A stretch of DNA of 64,000 bases, from positions 43,724 to 107,723 of the forward strand of contig CBFFRP010000455.1 in NCBI GenBank assembly GCA_965644295.1, in the 5' to 3' direction. Positions 62,825 to 64,000 of this stretch are shown here, piece after piece. The position numbers were made by a program, and so were the translations under genes. The notes beneath the pieces are model-generated. The model saw only the letters and a list, made by a program, of their open reading frames with translations, had not been told where the DNA came from and did not search any database. The DNA comes from Paraphysomonas bandaiensis. Taxonomy: Eukaryota > Protista > Chrysophyceae. The stretch's first letter is position 1; every line of letters begins with the position of its first letter.

Positions 62825-64000
62825 ATAATTTATGACTAGGTGGAATAGAACTAAAGTTGACTAGCTTTATTACTTGGACTATGTTTTTACACCAATTTCA
62901 ATACATGCATGTACAGTGTATAGTTAATGAATACAGCAATGTGCTCCCTCTCGACTTGACACTGCTTCATTGTTCCTATAATATCAAAACCTTTTAAGAT
63001 AATTGCACCTGTTCTCTATTCGATCACAACAACTGATTGTAACATGATAATTTATAATTTGTTAGTATTATAGGCTTCATAACCTAACTACTGTGTTATG
63101 CTGCAGACAACCATTCATATTACTAATGTTGGAGAATACTCACAATTCCCCTGTGATTGGCTTTACAGTTGAATGAGGGGCAGGACGAAATAAGGTCTAT
63201 GTGGAACAGTTACTGTTAGATCTCGAAAAACATGGATTCATACTCTCACTACAAATAGCAGACCGATATCGTCTCCTTACTAACAATGAGTCCGCTGAAG
63301 GGGAGGACACTGTTGTTATATGTCTATTGACGACTGAATGTTCTGGCGTCTTGGAAAAGGACAAGTAACTCTTATATAATTCCATGCATTTAATTCTACA
63401 CATACTTTTTTAACGGTGAATTTTTCGGCTACTGTAGATGCGTGTATTGCACTTCTCTTGACTGCACAAAGTATTATATTCATTTTTAAGTAAACTTGGT
63501 ATATTTATAGTCTTGGTGTCAGTGTGGTATTTTCATTGTGCATGACTTGTAAATTACAAAAGGTTCTGTACTTACATCCTATCAAGCGTTTAAAAATTCT
63601 ATTGTATAAAGCAGTTATTTAAAATTAAGGAGAGGTTAATATGATTAACATGATGGTAGAAATGTCTGAAAATTTAGTAGACCTAGCCTCTATTTTGAAA
63701 TTAATACGAATGTATGCAAAATTTAGTAGGATAAAATGGCACTTCTCAGTTTAATGAGTAGGAACGTCAGATAAACTTAGCATGAATATTGCCACTGAGC
63801 AACATCAGTAAAGACGCATACTTCTATTAAAATACGAGATATGTAATTTTCCAACTCATCGATGCGGCATAAAAATCCTTGAATATTCGACAGAGATCTT
63901 AACAAAACAATGTGGCAGTTTCTTATTTCTTAGGCAGGCAACAGTGATAGCTCAGGGATATCACCAGGGTGATTTAACTCCAATTTACCCGGATAGAATA

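Noticed and set aside
63100-64000. Possible coding fragments at the window end
   Set aside because: Interrupted by stops, no family motif, and truncated by the window edge.
1-64000. tRNA/rRNA genes, prokaryotic operons or defence systems
   Set aside because: None seen; the genes carry spliceosomal introns and are eukaryotic in organisation.

Overview
This is eukaryotic nuclear DNA, gene-dense, with GT-AG introns mostly of about 50-60 nt. It is probably from a flagellated stramenopile or similar protist; this is inferred from a PT-repeat/LNR surface protein, an axonemal dynein light chain and Crypton/Harbinger remnants. About 16 host genes can be modelled by hand: a large FN3/PAN/LNR membrane protein, DNAL4, a PH-ankyrin-WW protein, a SET-domain protein, a saccharopine dehydrogenase-like oxidoreductase, two sulfotransferase-like genes, an SDR, a WrbA-type quinone reductase, two SAM methyltransferases, an importin-13/transportin-SR-like karyopherin, an F-box-like cyclin, a protein resembling an actinobacterial family, an IFI27-like protein and two uncharacterised proteins. 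Notable non-genic structure: (1) long (TATG)n/(CATA)n arrays filling divergent promoters and first introns; (2) a 5.7-kb intron made almost entirely of a 16-bp minisatellite, splitting a sulfotransferase P-loop motif; (3) a ~0.5-kb non-autonomous retroelement family that shares its 3' end with a truncated LINE and has a head with HDV-ribozyme-like pairing order; (4) a nested Mutator > LINE + hAT-MITE insertion with clean target-site duplications (TSDs); (5) apparent partitioning of repeat families between 5' and 3' intergenic space. Most long ORFs in the supplied track that lie over the repeats are artefacts. All family assignments come from motif recognition, not database searches.
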